This document shows positions 7,405 through 15,594 of a stretch of 20,000 nt of DNA, piece after piece. A program made the position numbers and the translations under genes. The notes beneath the pieces were generated by a model. It had not been told where the DNA came from. It saw only the letters and a program-made list of their open reading frames with translations, and searched no databases. Origin of the DNA: an uncultured virus (IMG/VR IMGVR_UViG_3300046507_000407) (Duplodnaviria; Heunggongvirae; Uroviricota; Caudoviricetes; Schitoviridae); IMG/VR virus record IMGVR_UViG_3300046507_000407. One strand, 5' to 3'. How positions within the stretch are numbered: the first letter of the stretch is position 1; every line of letters begins with the position of its first letter.

Positions 7405-9507
7405 TTATCGCTTGCCATACAGCCGATACGTACCTGCGGTCTGAGCTTGGTTATTGTTGAGGAAAATAACCAGCTTCTCGCACGCAGTGAGCGTGTTACA
7501 CAGGCCCGCCATAGTGCCTGAGCGGAACTGGTTGTCAGACAGAATGCCACTGAATGTACCGTGATACGTCTTGTAGTGGGCCGTGCTGCGTGGGTTGGGG
7601 AACTGGAGTGTGCAGGTGGAGAAGTTGACTGCCCCATTGCCAAGTCCACCACTGAGCGTACAGGCATTGACGCTGCCCTGCCATGACGCTACTGCGCCAG
7701 TAGTCCCAAGCACGAATGCGTTGAAACCGTACCCATAGGTAGTGGATGAACCGATGTCAGTACCGTTGGCATCTGCGAACTTCAGGAACAGTACGGTTTC
7801 AGTAGCACCACCCTTGAATCCGTCGAGCACCAGCTCGTAGTTTGTCCAGCCCGCATCCAGCGAGAGCACAAGACTGGTTACACCAACCAGAGAACCACTG
7901 GCCAGCAGCTTGGAACCAATGGCACCGTCAATGTATGCCTTGTTCGCCCCATCGCTTGAAGCTGTAGGGTCACCTAGGTTGGTGATCTTCTTCGCATTCA
8001 GGGCAAGGCCGTTCGACAGTGTCACCACGTCGTCCGTGCCAATCTGGATTGGTGTCGTCAGTGACGAGAAGTCTCCCGCTGCTGCCGTGTTGCGTTGCAG
8101 CGCCCACACATTGCCGGAGCTGCGCATGCGGAAGATGCCATTACCCCCCGCCTGAGCTGTGTCCCAGAGCGTGACTGCAGGCGTCGCATACTTGTGCGAA
8201 AGCGGACCAGTCAGGGTGCCTCCCGCAAGCGGCAGGCTGTTCGCCGCCGCTGTCGCCGCATCAGCTGCACTCGTCGATGCCTGTCCAGCGTAATACTTCG
8301 CTGAGTAGCTGACGCCATCGACCGTGCCTGCTGCCTGCGAGGCCCAGTTCTGTGCAGCCGTCGCCCGTGCGTCTGCTGTATCCCTGCTGGTCTGGGCTGC
8401 AACCTTGGCGTCGGATGCGGCCTGTGCACTCGTTGCGCTGTCATTCGCACTCTGCAAGGCGGCTGCGGCCCGGGTACTGGCATTGTCCTCGCTTGTCTTC
8501 GCGTTAGTCTCCGACGTCTTGCTGTGCGTCTCGGACAGGGCGGCCGCATTCTTGCTGTCGAGTGCAGCCTGGGCGCTCCCTGCTGCCGCAGCTGCACTGG
8601 CCGTGGCATTCGCTGCCATGGTCTCAGCCGTCAGATCCTGATCCTGCCAGCCCGTTGCCGTGTACACCCGGATCTGGTTGGTCGTGCTGTTGAAGTACTC
8701 AGCCCCAGTGATGAGCGGATCACCGTTATTGTCAGTGATTGGATCCGCTGCCTTCGAGCCCAGATAGAGCTGGTTCATCGTGCGGATGATTGCCTGCGCC
8801 TGAGCCAGGGAGGTAGCAGCACCTGCTGCTGATTGCCCTGCATTCTGCTCACTGGTAGCCGCAGCAGTCTGCGAAGCGAATGCCGACGCTTCTGCATCGA
8901 TGGCATTCGTTTCGCTCAACTTGCTGCTGTCTTCACTGGCCTTGGCGTGAGTCTCCGACAAAGCCGCCGCATCCCGCGCAACGATGGAGTCAGCCAGGCT
9001 TTGTGCTGCTGCAGCAGCCGACTGGCTCGCCGCCTCCTGACTGGCCGAAGCCTGTGCGGCTTTCTCAGTCGCTGTGTCTGTGTTGGCCTGGACATCTGCC
9101 TGCCTGAGCTCGATGTCTGCCTGGATGACAGTGACCGCTTCGAGCTTTTCACTTGCTACTTCCGCACTGATCCTTGCTGACGAGACTGCGACATCAAGGT
9201 CCAGTGCGCTTTGTGCGGCAGCAAGCTCCGACTGCTTTGCCTGCTGTTCGCTCGCTTCTGCTGCGAGCTGGCTGGCCAGAGCTGCTGCTGCCTTGGCAAT
9301 GGCCGTTTGCTCCGCAGTCACTGCCGCTTCCGAGGCTGTGCGAATGTCCAGCGCCAGGCTGTCTACGTTCTGCTCCAGATACGTGATGATCGGCAGCTTC
9401 TCAGCTACTGATTCCACGACCTTGTAGGCAGTGCCCAGCTTCTGGTCAATCACTTCGACAGGGGACGAGTTACGCCCCCTGCCGTCCAACGTATTGCGCA
9501 TGCCCAT
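7405..9507 (-). CDS. Long Ala-rich tail fibre protein
   Basis: Extended A/S/Q coiled coil with fibre motifs LYLGSKAADPITDNNGDPL..GAEYFN, SAKYYA, LPLAGGTLTGPL and KITNLGDPTASSDGANKAYID, and a distinct C-terminal beta domain. Confidence 0.88.
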   Translation of the reverse strand: MGMRNTLDGRGRNSSPVEVIDQKLGTAYKVVESVAEKLPIITYLEQNVDSLALDIRTASEAAVTAEQTAIAKAAAALASQLAAEASEQQAKQSELAAAQSALDLDVAVSSARISAEVASEKLEAVTVIQADIELRQADVQANTDTATEKAAQASASQEAASQSAAAAAQSLADSIVARDAAALSETHAKASEDSSKLSETNAIDAEASAFASQTAAATSEQNAGQSAAGAATSLAQAQAIIRTMNQLYLGSKAADPITDNNGDPLITGAEYFNSTTNQIRVYTATGWQDQDLTAETMAANATASAAAAAGSAQAALDSKNAAALSETHSKTSETNAKTSEDNASTRAAAALQSANDSATSAQAASDAKVAAQTSRDTADARATAAQNWASQAAGTVDGVSYSAKYYAGQASTSAADAATAAANSLPLAGGTLTGPLSHKYATPAVTLWDTAQAGGNGIFRMRSSGNVWALQRNTAAAGDFSSLTTPIQIGTDDVVTLSNGLALNAKKITNLGDPTASSDGANKAYIDGAIGSKLLASGSLVGVTSLVLSLDAGWTNYELVLDGFKGGATETVLFLKFADANGTDIGSSTTYGYGFNAFVLGTTGAVASWQGSVNACTLSGGLGNGAVNFSTCTLQFPNPRSTAHYKTYHGTFSGILSDNQFRSGTMAGLCNTLTACEKLVIFLNNNQAQTAGTYRLYGKR

Positions 9508-9535
9508 GGCTATTTCTCTTGCGGTTGTTGCTGAA

Positions 9536-11221
9536 TCAGTAGTTATGCTGGTCTACGACCAACCAGGAGAAACCATCCCCGCCGCCACGGCTCCACACGA
9601 GCTCGACAACACCACGCGCACCCCCTGCGAGCGTGGCAACCAGCTGACCGTCGGACGTGGTGACAGTCAGCGTCCCCTGGTTCGAGGCCTTGACGATACG
9701 ATAGCCACGGCCACGGAAGAGGTTCGTCGTATCGAGCGGACCCGACTGCGGCAGCTTCACCGTCCGGCCGGTCGATGCCGGGAAGACCTGGTTGAATGCC
9801 GAGTCGTAGGCGAGCGTCACATCGGCGTCGTCATTGACGTCGGTGCGTGCCTTGTCAGCCCAGTTCTCGACGATGGTCATGTCGGCAGCACCGGTACCCA
9901 GCACATCGGTGAGCCGCACATTGCCGGCGAACGGCATGCGGCACTGCTTGAAGCGCAGCGGATTCGGGCCGATAGCGAGCGAGGCGTTCAGTGTGCCGAG
10001 CAGATCGCCCTTGAGCTGGTTGCCGATCCCGTTCACCGAGTACAGCCGCACGTAAACCTCCGAGCGCGGACCTTCCGAGTGGAACACGTAGATGTCCACG
10101 CCGGCGTCCGAGCTGATCGATTCGGTGTAGATGAAGTCCGCCATCAGCACGGAGTTCTGCACGTCGAACAGCGTCGCACTGTTCCTGTAGTGGGCGCCTT
10201 CCAGTGCCCAGTGGCCGATGACGTGCGTCCCACCGCTCGTGTCCTTGAGCATGCGGGCACCGGACCAGCACTCGTTGACCTCGATGGAGTCGTACTGCGC
10301 AGCCATCGCCTGATGCTCGAACAGCACTTCGACCGCCGAGCCACAGGTGATGTACATCCGCTCGAAGCGGCAGTTCGGCTCCCCTGCTCCACCGGTGATG
10401 CGGTTCACGCCACCGGCAAAGTCGCCCAGCCACATGTCCCGGTAGCAGTTGCCCCAGAACAGCATGGTCGGTGCGTCGAAGAAGAAGTAGAAGTTGCCCG
10501 CCGTGATGTCCTCGAAGGTGGACATGTAGAACGAGTCGCCACCTTCCGCGGTGAAGACCGAGGCCTGCATCTGGCCGATCTGCATCGTGACGTAGGTGAA
10601 GCTCATCGTCTTCCAGTGGATCGTGTGGATGTACTTGCCCACGAAGCGGAAGATTGGCGTGTTGGTCTTCACCTGCTTGATGACCACACCCGTACGGGAC
10701 TGGCCCGTCACTGTCAGCCCGGTCAAGGCAGCAGCCGGATCCGTTCCGATCTGGATGGTGCCCTTTACCAGGTAGGTGCCGTTCGGGAAGTACAGGCCCA
10801 CCTTGTTGGCGACGGCGTAGTTAAACGCATCCTGCAGCGCCAGGGTATCGTCAGTGAGTCCATCGCCCTTGACCCGGAAGGACTTCACGCTGATGGCGTA
10901 GTCCGCGAGTGTCGCCTCGATGGTACGGGCGAATGAACCACGAGCCAGGGAAGGCAAGGTGCTCACCAGCCACGAGCCAAGGGAAGAGAGCTTCATCGAC
11001 AGGAAGCTGCCACCGGCCGGCACCGACAGCTTGGTGTCTGCCGTGACATCCGCCGGTGCGAGCTCTTTCTCGCCGGTGAATGCCGTCAGCGTGTCGAGCG
11101 TCTTGCGGATCGTCGGCATCGCCTTGAGCACGTCCAGCACATTGGCGTACGTTTTGCCCAGTGTCCGGTCCACCAGGTCGGTGGTTTCGACTTCGTTCGG
11201 GTTGTATCCCATCAGACCCAT
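9536..11221 (-). CDS. Tailspike/depolymerase with pectate-lyase-like beta-helix
   Basis: ISVKSFRVKGDGLTDDTLALQDAF...LYFPNGTYLV is the Pectate_lyase_3-type N-cap, followed by beta-helix-like sequence. Confidence 0.85.
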   Translation of the reverse strand: MGLMGYNPNEVETTDLVDRTLGKTYANVLDVLKAMPTIRKTLDTLTAFTGEKELAPADVTADTKLSVPAGGSFLSMKLSSLGSWLVSTLPSLARGSFARTIEATLADYAISVKSFRVKGDGLTDDTLALQDAFNYAVANKVGLYFPNGTYLVKGTIQIGTDPAAALTGLTVTGQSRTGVVIKQVKTNTPIFRFVGKYIHTIHWKTMSFTYVTMQIGQMQASVFTAEGGDSFYMSTFEDITAGNFYFFFDAPTMLFWGNCYRDMWLGDFAGGVNRITGGAGEPNCRFERMYITCGSAVEVLFEHQAMAAQYDSIEVNECWSGARMLKDTSGGTHVIGHWALEGAHYRNSATLFDVQNSVLMADFIYTESISSDAGVDIYVFHSEGPRSEVYVRLYSVNGIGNQLKGDLLGTLNASLAIGPNPLRFKQCRMPFAGNVRLTDVLGTGAADMTIVENWADKARTDVNDDADVTLAYDSAFNQVFPASTGRTVKLPQSGPLDTTNLFRGRGYRIVKASNQGTLTVTTSDGQLVATLAGGARGVVELVWSRGGGDGFSWLVVDQHNY

Positions 11222-11916
11222 CCGTTACGTTGAAAGCGGTTGTTGGTTTGGCTGATGCTGCTGCGCACCAGATCGTTGGCCACGACTTCGTTGCAGGTGT
11301 TTTCGTACGCAGCCAGGCTTCCCTGGCTCATGACCTGGGCTTCCTGCGTCTGCACCTGACCGAACGCCCGGTACGCAATCCAGCTGCGCAGTGCCGGGTG
11401 CAGCACCTCGGGCAGCTCGATCTCCTGATGAAGGTCATCGAGCGTGAGCTTCGGGTGCTTCGCCTGGTAGCCGATGGCAAGCGGCGTGCCCTGCACCGGG
11501 TTTGGCACCTGCAGCACGTCACCCTGCGGGAGGAACAGCGAGTACGGATTGCCTTCGTCATCGAGCGGCAGCTCGCTGCCCGTCGAGTCGAACACGTTCA
11601 GAATCCGGATCACGTCATCCGTGAACGGTTCCTCGTAGAGATCCTTGATGTAGAAGACCTTCTGGCCGGACGTGCCCATCTTCGACTCAGCGAACTTCGA
11701 CGACAGGTGGTAGTTCGTGATCCACTCGACCAGCTCGATGATCACGTTGTCCTGCTTGAGCATGTACCGGGTGTACAGCTTGAGCAGCCCGTCATTGGCA
11801 AAGCGGATGATGCGTTCCTTGCCGGCGTCCGTGATCAGCCCGTTGCCGTCGCTCGCAAGCGACAGCGTCGAGAGCTCACCGAAGGACAGGTCAGCGAAGA
11901 GTTCCTGGATATTCAT
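11212..11916 (-). CDS. N4 gp67-like virion head-tail adaptor
   Basis: LSFGELS...ANDGLLKLYTRY...DDVIRILNVFD...FQRNGWV; lies directly downstream of the terminase, as in N4. Confidence 0.75.
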   Translation of the reverse strand: MNIQELFADLSFGELSTLSLASDGNGLITDAGKERIIRFANDGLLKLYTRYMLKQDNVIIELVEWITNYHLSSKFAESKMGTSGQKVFYIKDLYEEPFTDDVIRILNVFDSTGSELPLDDEGNPYSLFLPQGDVLQVPNPVQGTPLAIGYQAKHPKLTLDDLHQEIELPEVLHPALRSWIAYRAFGQVQTQEAQVMSQGSLAAYENTCNEVVANDLVRSSISQTNNRFQRNGWV

Positions 11917-11923
11917 TTAGCCC

Positions 11924-13513
11924 TCACACGATGTATGCAGATAGCCCACTGGGTTCGGAGTGTTCCTCCTCGTCCTCGTAGATTTGCACTTCGCTGGGGG
12001 TTGCCGGCGCTGAATCGGATGGCTTCCACGGCTTGAGGAACGCCAGTTGGGACACGGTGTCCACAAAGTCGTCCTTGCCTTTGATACCCGACTGAGTGAC
12101 CAGTTTGATCTGGCCCATCGCCCGTCCCATGATGACGGAGTGCTTCATCTCTTCCGGGAAGAACATCTTCCCGACCTTGAACCAAGGAACAACCAGATTG
12201 AAGCGGGAGAGCTTGTCGGTGATTGGGCGTATGCCAGGAGAGCCACTCTTCTCGCTACTTGCGAAGCTAAACCAGATGTTGCGTCTGATCTGCTCCTGCT
12301 GAAGCCAGGAGATGAAGCCGCCCTGCTGTCCCGTGATCTCGATGCCTACCTGCTGCGGTTTGTACTGCTGAACGAGACGGAACAGATCGTCGACCGTCTT
12401 GTCCATTTTCTGACGTTCCAGGACACCATCTACCCAGAACCAGTCACCGTTGGAATTGTATGCCCAAACGCTGATGGCGGAGAAGTCGGCCGTGGTTTTT
12501 TCGCTGGTTGCGAAGTCCGTCGTGATGTAGAAGTTGAATGTGCTGCGGTTCTGCAACAGAAGTTTTCGGGAGTACCAACGGATCTCCTCGTCCTGCACGA
12601 GCCGCTCCTCGTCCGACGAGATGCGCAGCATCAGCTCCTGCATGAACGCCGCGACGTGACCGGTACCGACGGCGAGGTCGTACTGGTCCTTCACGTACTT
12701 GAAGTTGAAGCGATCCGGCCAGGCGCCGACGAACTCCGACTCCTCGCACGGGAAGCGCTCGCACACCGGCCACACGTTCACATCCCACTGCCCCGACTCG
12801 ACCGCCTCGATCAGGATGTCGTCCTTGTTGAACGGCGTGCCGTTGAAGATGATCTTGCGCCGGGTCGGATCGAGCGCGTGGTTCACGCCCTTGTAGACCG
12901 TGTCCTTGATCGCAATCATCGCGGCCTTGGACTTCGAGTCGTCGTCCGACACCAGGTCATCGAGCACGCACAGCTTGGGCCGCTTGCCGAAGATCTTCGT
13001 GCCACGGATACCGGTCTTCGCACCGAACATCTTGATGCCCAGGCGGTGGCCGTCCTTGCCGGTGAACTCCAGGTAGTTGTCGGTGAAGGTGGCCTTGGGG
13101 ATCCAGTACTGCAGGAACTCCGAGTTGTTGTAGCGGAACTCGATATTCTTGCGCGCGGACTTCACCCCGTTGTCCATCGAATCGGACACATAGATCATCG
13201 ACTCCACACTGCCGAAGCCGGGCAAGTAGCCAAACACTGCGAGGAACAGGGAAAAATACTCGAAGAAGAGAGTAGTTTTCGCTGCACCCCGGAAACAGAG
13301 GTTAGCGATGTAGTCGGACTTCGATTCGACTACCTTGTCCAGCATCTTCAGGTGAACCGGTGGTGTCTTGTGAGATTCGCCCTGTTCCCCATTCACGAGC
13401 TTGATGAAGTTCATGAAGGTCAGGGCAAACTCACTTGGCGTGTAACTCGCAGAGTTCAATTCGGCATAATTGACCTGGTCGAGCCACGCATCAAGCTCTT
13501 GTTTGATCATCAT
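11924..13513 (-). CDS. terL: Terminase large subunit (N4 gp68-like)
   Basis: Walker A CFRGAAKTT, Walker B LCVLDD, coupling motif FNGTP, and nuclease acidic residues in ITTDFA and KDDFVD. Confidence 0.95.
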   Translation of the reverse strand: MMIKQELDAWLDQVNYAELNSASYTPSEFALTFMNFIKLVNGEQGESHKTPPVHLKMLDKVVESKSDYIANLCFRGAAKTTLFFEYFSLFLAVFGYLPGFGSVESMIYVSDSMDNGVKSARKNIEFRYNNSEFLQYWIPKATFTDNYLEFTGKDGHRLGIKMFGAKTGIRGTKIFGKRPKLCVLDDLVSDDDSKSKAAMIAIKDTVYKGVNHALDPTRRKIIFNGTPFNKDDILIEAVESGQWDVNVWPVCERFPCEESEFVGAWPDRFNFKYVKDQYDLAVGTGHVAAFMQELMLRISSDEERLVQDEEIRWYSRKLLLQNRSTFNFYITTDFATSEKTTADFSAISVWAYNSNGDWFWVDGVLERQKMDKTVDDLFRLVQQYKPQQVGIEITGQQGGFISWLQQEQIRRNIWFSFASSEKSGSPGIRPITDKLSRFNLVVPWFKVGKMFFPEEMKHSVIMGRAMGQIKLVTQSGIKGKDDFVDTVSQLAFLKPWKPSDSAPATPSEVQIYEDEEEHSEPSGLSAYIV

Positions 13514-14202
13514 CAGGGTATCTGTTTCGCCTCCACGTCAACCACATCCACCAGACGCTGCGCTGCGATGTCCCTGGCTGTGGCTCCATTAGCGATGAGT
13601 TCACGTTGTTGCTGGCTCATCTTCTGCAACATGTCCTTGAGTTCCGACATTCCTGAACTCTCCTTCATGTCAATTGGAATCAGTGCGGTTACTTCCTTGG
13701 GTTTACTCAGGTGAGTGAGCAGTGAGTTGGCTGCTTCTGCCCTTACCTTCTCACTCGCCGCAGTTCGCATGAGGGTGGCCTGGGTTGTGATCGCCTCCTG
13801 GTACAGGTGGTTGTTCAGTACCCAGCTCGGCACGATGGTCTGTTCGAGGATCAGGTTGACGAGCTTGCCTTTGGCATAGGCCGACGTGTAGGCCGAGATG
13901 GTCTTCTCGTCGGCGCCCTTGGCCATCAGCGCCGCCATGCGCTGGGGGAACGTCTTGAAGTAGGCGTCCTTGATGGAGTCGCCCATCATCCGGTAGCTGA
14001 CGAAGGCCACCGCGTGCACGTAGTCCTCGGCCTTGAACTTGCCTTCCTTGAGCACCGACGTGTAGCTGATGACGTTGTTGCGCACCTGCTCGGCTACGAG
14101 CGGATCCGCGGCGATGTTGTTGATGAGGTCCACGAGCTGCGGGGTCACCGCGCTCTTCAGTGTGGCGGGCAGTGCCCGTTCGACGACTTCCTTGGTCAGC
14201 AT
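13513..14202 (-). CDS. N4 gp69-like protein, putative terminase small subunit
   Basis: 229 aa helical protein with a TGATG overlap into terL. Contains YTSVLKEGKFK..DY..AV.FVSY and SEKVRAEAANSLLTHL. Confidence 0.75.
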   Translation of the reverse strand: MLTKEVVERALPATLKSAVTPQLVDLINNIAADPLVAEQVRNNVISYTSVLKEGKFKAEDYVHAVAFVSYRMMGDSIKDAYFKTFPQRMAALMAKGADEKTISAYTSAYAKGKLVNLILEQTIVPSWVLNNHLYQEAITTQATLMRTAASEKVRAEAANSLLTHLSKPKEVTALIPIDMKESSGMSELKDMLQKMSQQQRELIANGATARDIAAQRLVDVVDVEAKQIP

Positions 14203-14205
14203 GAC

Positions 14206-14307
14206 TCAGCCCTCCCCGCCTATCTGGCAGACCGTCCATGCGAGCCAGGCCATACACACCAGGCACCCGGAGATGAGCACGCCCACTCCAACACCAGTCC
14301 AGAACAT
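14206..14307 (-). CDS. Small membrane peptide (33 aa)
   Basis: MFWTGVGVGVLISGCLVCMAWLAWTVCQIGGEG with an AGGGGA SD; fills the gap before the gp69-like gene. Confidence 0.55.
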   Translation of the reverse strand: MFWTGVGVGVLISGCLVCMAWLAWTVCQIGGEG

Positions 14308-14328
14308 TTTTCTTCCCCTGTTAACTGG

Positions 14329-14350
14329 GCAAGGGGCCGAAGCCCCCTGC
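14329..14350 (-). promoter_or_regulatory. cUUCGg-capped RNA hairpin (stability, processing or weak terminator)
   Basis: Minus strand GCAGGGGGC-TTCG-GCCCCTTGC, just after the stop at 14360. There is no U-tract on this strand. Confidence 0.6.
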
Positions 14351-14359
14351 TGTTTTCCC

Positions 14360-14884
14360 TTAGCCGCGGATGCCTTCTGCTTTCTGGATCCGCTTGGTGA
14401 GAATCCACACCAGCTCCTCCATGCAGTCGCGCTGCTTGACGAGGTAGCGGCGGTCGGCGTCGTCGAGCTTCTCGAACGCCGGCGTACCGATGAAGGCCAT
14501 CAGCCTTTGGTATTCGTCGCTGCGGTCGAGCAGCTTCTGCTTCACGCGGTCAAGCCAGGAACCAGGGGAAGGAACGGGGTTCTGGTCAGAGAGATGCAGC
14601 TTGTGGGCAAGCACGGCGCCGAGTACCGGCCAGATCTTTTCCTGGGCTTCCTTGAGAGCAATGCTCTCGCCCATGGCGGCATTGAAGTTTTCCTTGCTGA
14701 CGCAGCTCGACTCGCCCGTGACCGAGAAACGGCCACCGAAGATCTCGATGCAGCAGACAGTCGTGCGGCCATTCGGCAGGACGGTGTAGGTCACCTTGCC
14801 CTCCCGGATAGCAGCGTCGACTTCTTCCTTCGTGACACGCGGGGCAACAGCGGCCGCGGCCAGTTTCTCTTCTGTGACTTCCAT
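14360..14884 (-). CDS. Fusion of an N4 Gp49/Sf6 gp66-family domain and a crAss001_48-like helical domain; candidate anti-defence sponge
   Basis: N-domain PRVT...TTVCCI...FSVTGESSCVSKENFNAAMGESIA...A.EKIWPVLG, then a Pro-rich linker, then C-domain WLDRV...L.AFIGTPAFEKL...L.KQ...M....ILTKRI. Confidence 0.75.
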   Translation of the reverse strand: MEVTEEKLAAAAVAPRVTKEEVDAAIREGKVTYTVLPNGRTTVCCIEIFGGRFSVTGESSCVSKENFNAAMGESIALKEAQEKIWPVLGAVLAHKLHLSDQNPVPSPGSWLDRVKQKLLDRSDEYQRLMAFIGTPAFEKLDDADRRYLVKQRDCMEELVWILTKRIQKAEGIRG

Positions 14885-15024
14885 AACTTGGTTCCTTGTT
14901 TCCTTGGTTCGTTTACGTTAGAGTCCTGACATGGACTAAACGGATACTAAAGTCTATCTGCGAATTAGTCTATAGATATGAAAGGAAGGTGTCGCTAAAC
15001 TGTCAGCCTTTCGGGGGATGTGAC

Positions 15025-15216
15025 ATGCAGAAGTGGTTCAACGGAACGACGCCGGCCCAGAAGGTGTTCCTCTGGGTGATCGGGGTGGCACCGATGGTGG
15101 GGCTGGGGCTGACGCAACATGACACGCTCGGTGCCCTGGTCCTGACCTGCCCCCCGGTGCTGCTGCTGATCTACCTGCAACTCGGCACCCGCAAGGGCAA
15201 CAAGCGCACCACCTGA
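15025..15216 (+). CDS. Small two-TM membrane protein (63 aa)
   Basis: MQKWFNGTTPAQKVFLWVIGVAPMVGLGL...GALVLTCPPVLLLIYLQLGTRKGNKRTT with a GGGGGA SD before the ATG at 15025, GC3-rich codons and a basic tail. Confidence 0.7.
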   Translation: MQKWFNGTTPAQKVFLWVIGVAPMVGLGLTQHDTLGALVLTCPPVLLLIYLQLGTRKGNKRTT

Positions 15217-15300
15217 TTTATTTTTTCTGGCAGGACTTTTCCGACTCTATTTCCTTATGGGAATGGGAGGGTTACTCCTATGGTTGCTGCGCAACAGGCA

Positions 15301-15594
15301 GGAGGGGGAAGCCAATCAAACTGCTGTATACGTTAACCAGGCTGTGTTAACGTCTGGCTGTGGAGGGGTTGGCCACTTCCCCTTCCACTCTTGGTCGAGC
15401 GTCTGCGTTAGCTTCGTTTCGATACCCTAGCGGGCGTGGGGAATCAATAACCACCGCAGTTGCAGCTGGCGAACTCCTCTGCTGGACTGACATTCCAGCA
15501 GCTAGTCAGTGATGCGATGTCGAGCCTGAACGACTAATCAGTCAGGACATAAGGGAGAGCACGGTTACCCAACTGCTGCTCTCCCTTGTCTTTT
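15301..15594 (+). ncRNA. Candidate structured non-coding RNA or ssDNA element
   Basis: Nested stems, a possible pseudoknot and a terminal long hairpin with T-run, and no credible ORF. See findings. Confidence 0.35.
15546..15594 (+). terminator. Long hairpin with T-run, probable intrinsic terminator
   Basis: GAC..AAGGGAGAGCA-CGGTT-ACCC-AACTG-C-TGCTCTCCCTT-GTC-TTTT. Confidence 0.65.

Noticed and set aside
8250..9330. Repetitive GCT/GCA-rich DNA suggesting a tandem repeat or array
   Set aside because: Explained by the Ala-rich coiled coil of the tail fibre; no fixed-period repeat or spacer structure.
9431..10936. 501-aa plus-strand ORF
   Set aside because: Antisense shadow of the tailspike gene; GC3-rich codons suppress opposite-strand stops, and it has no recognisable motifs.
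12047..13714. 555-aa plus-strand ORF
   Set aside because: Antisense shadow of the terminase genes.
15385..15430. tRNA-like fragments (CTCTTGGTCGAGC and GTTTCGATAC)
   Set aside because: I could not build acceptor and anticodon stems with correct spacing; tRNAscan-SE or ARAGORN would settle it.
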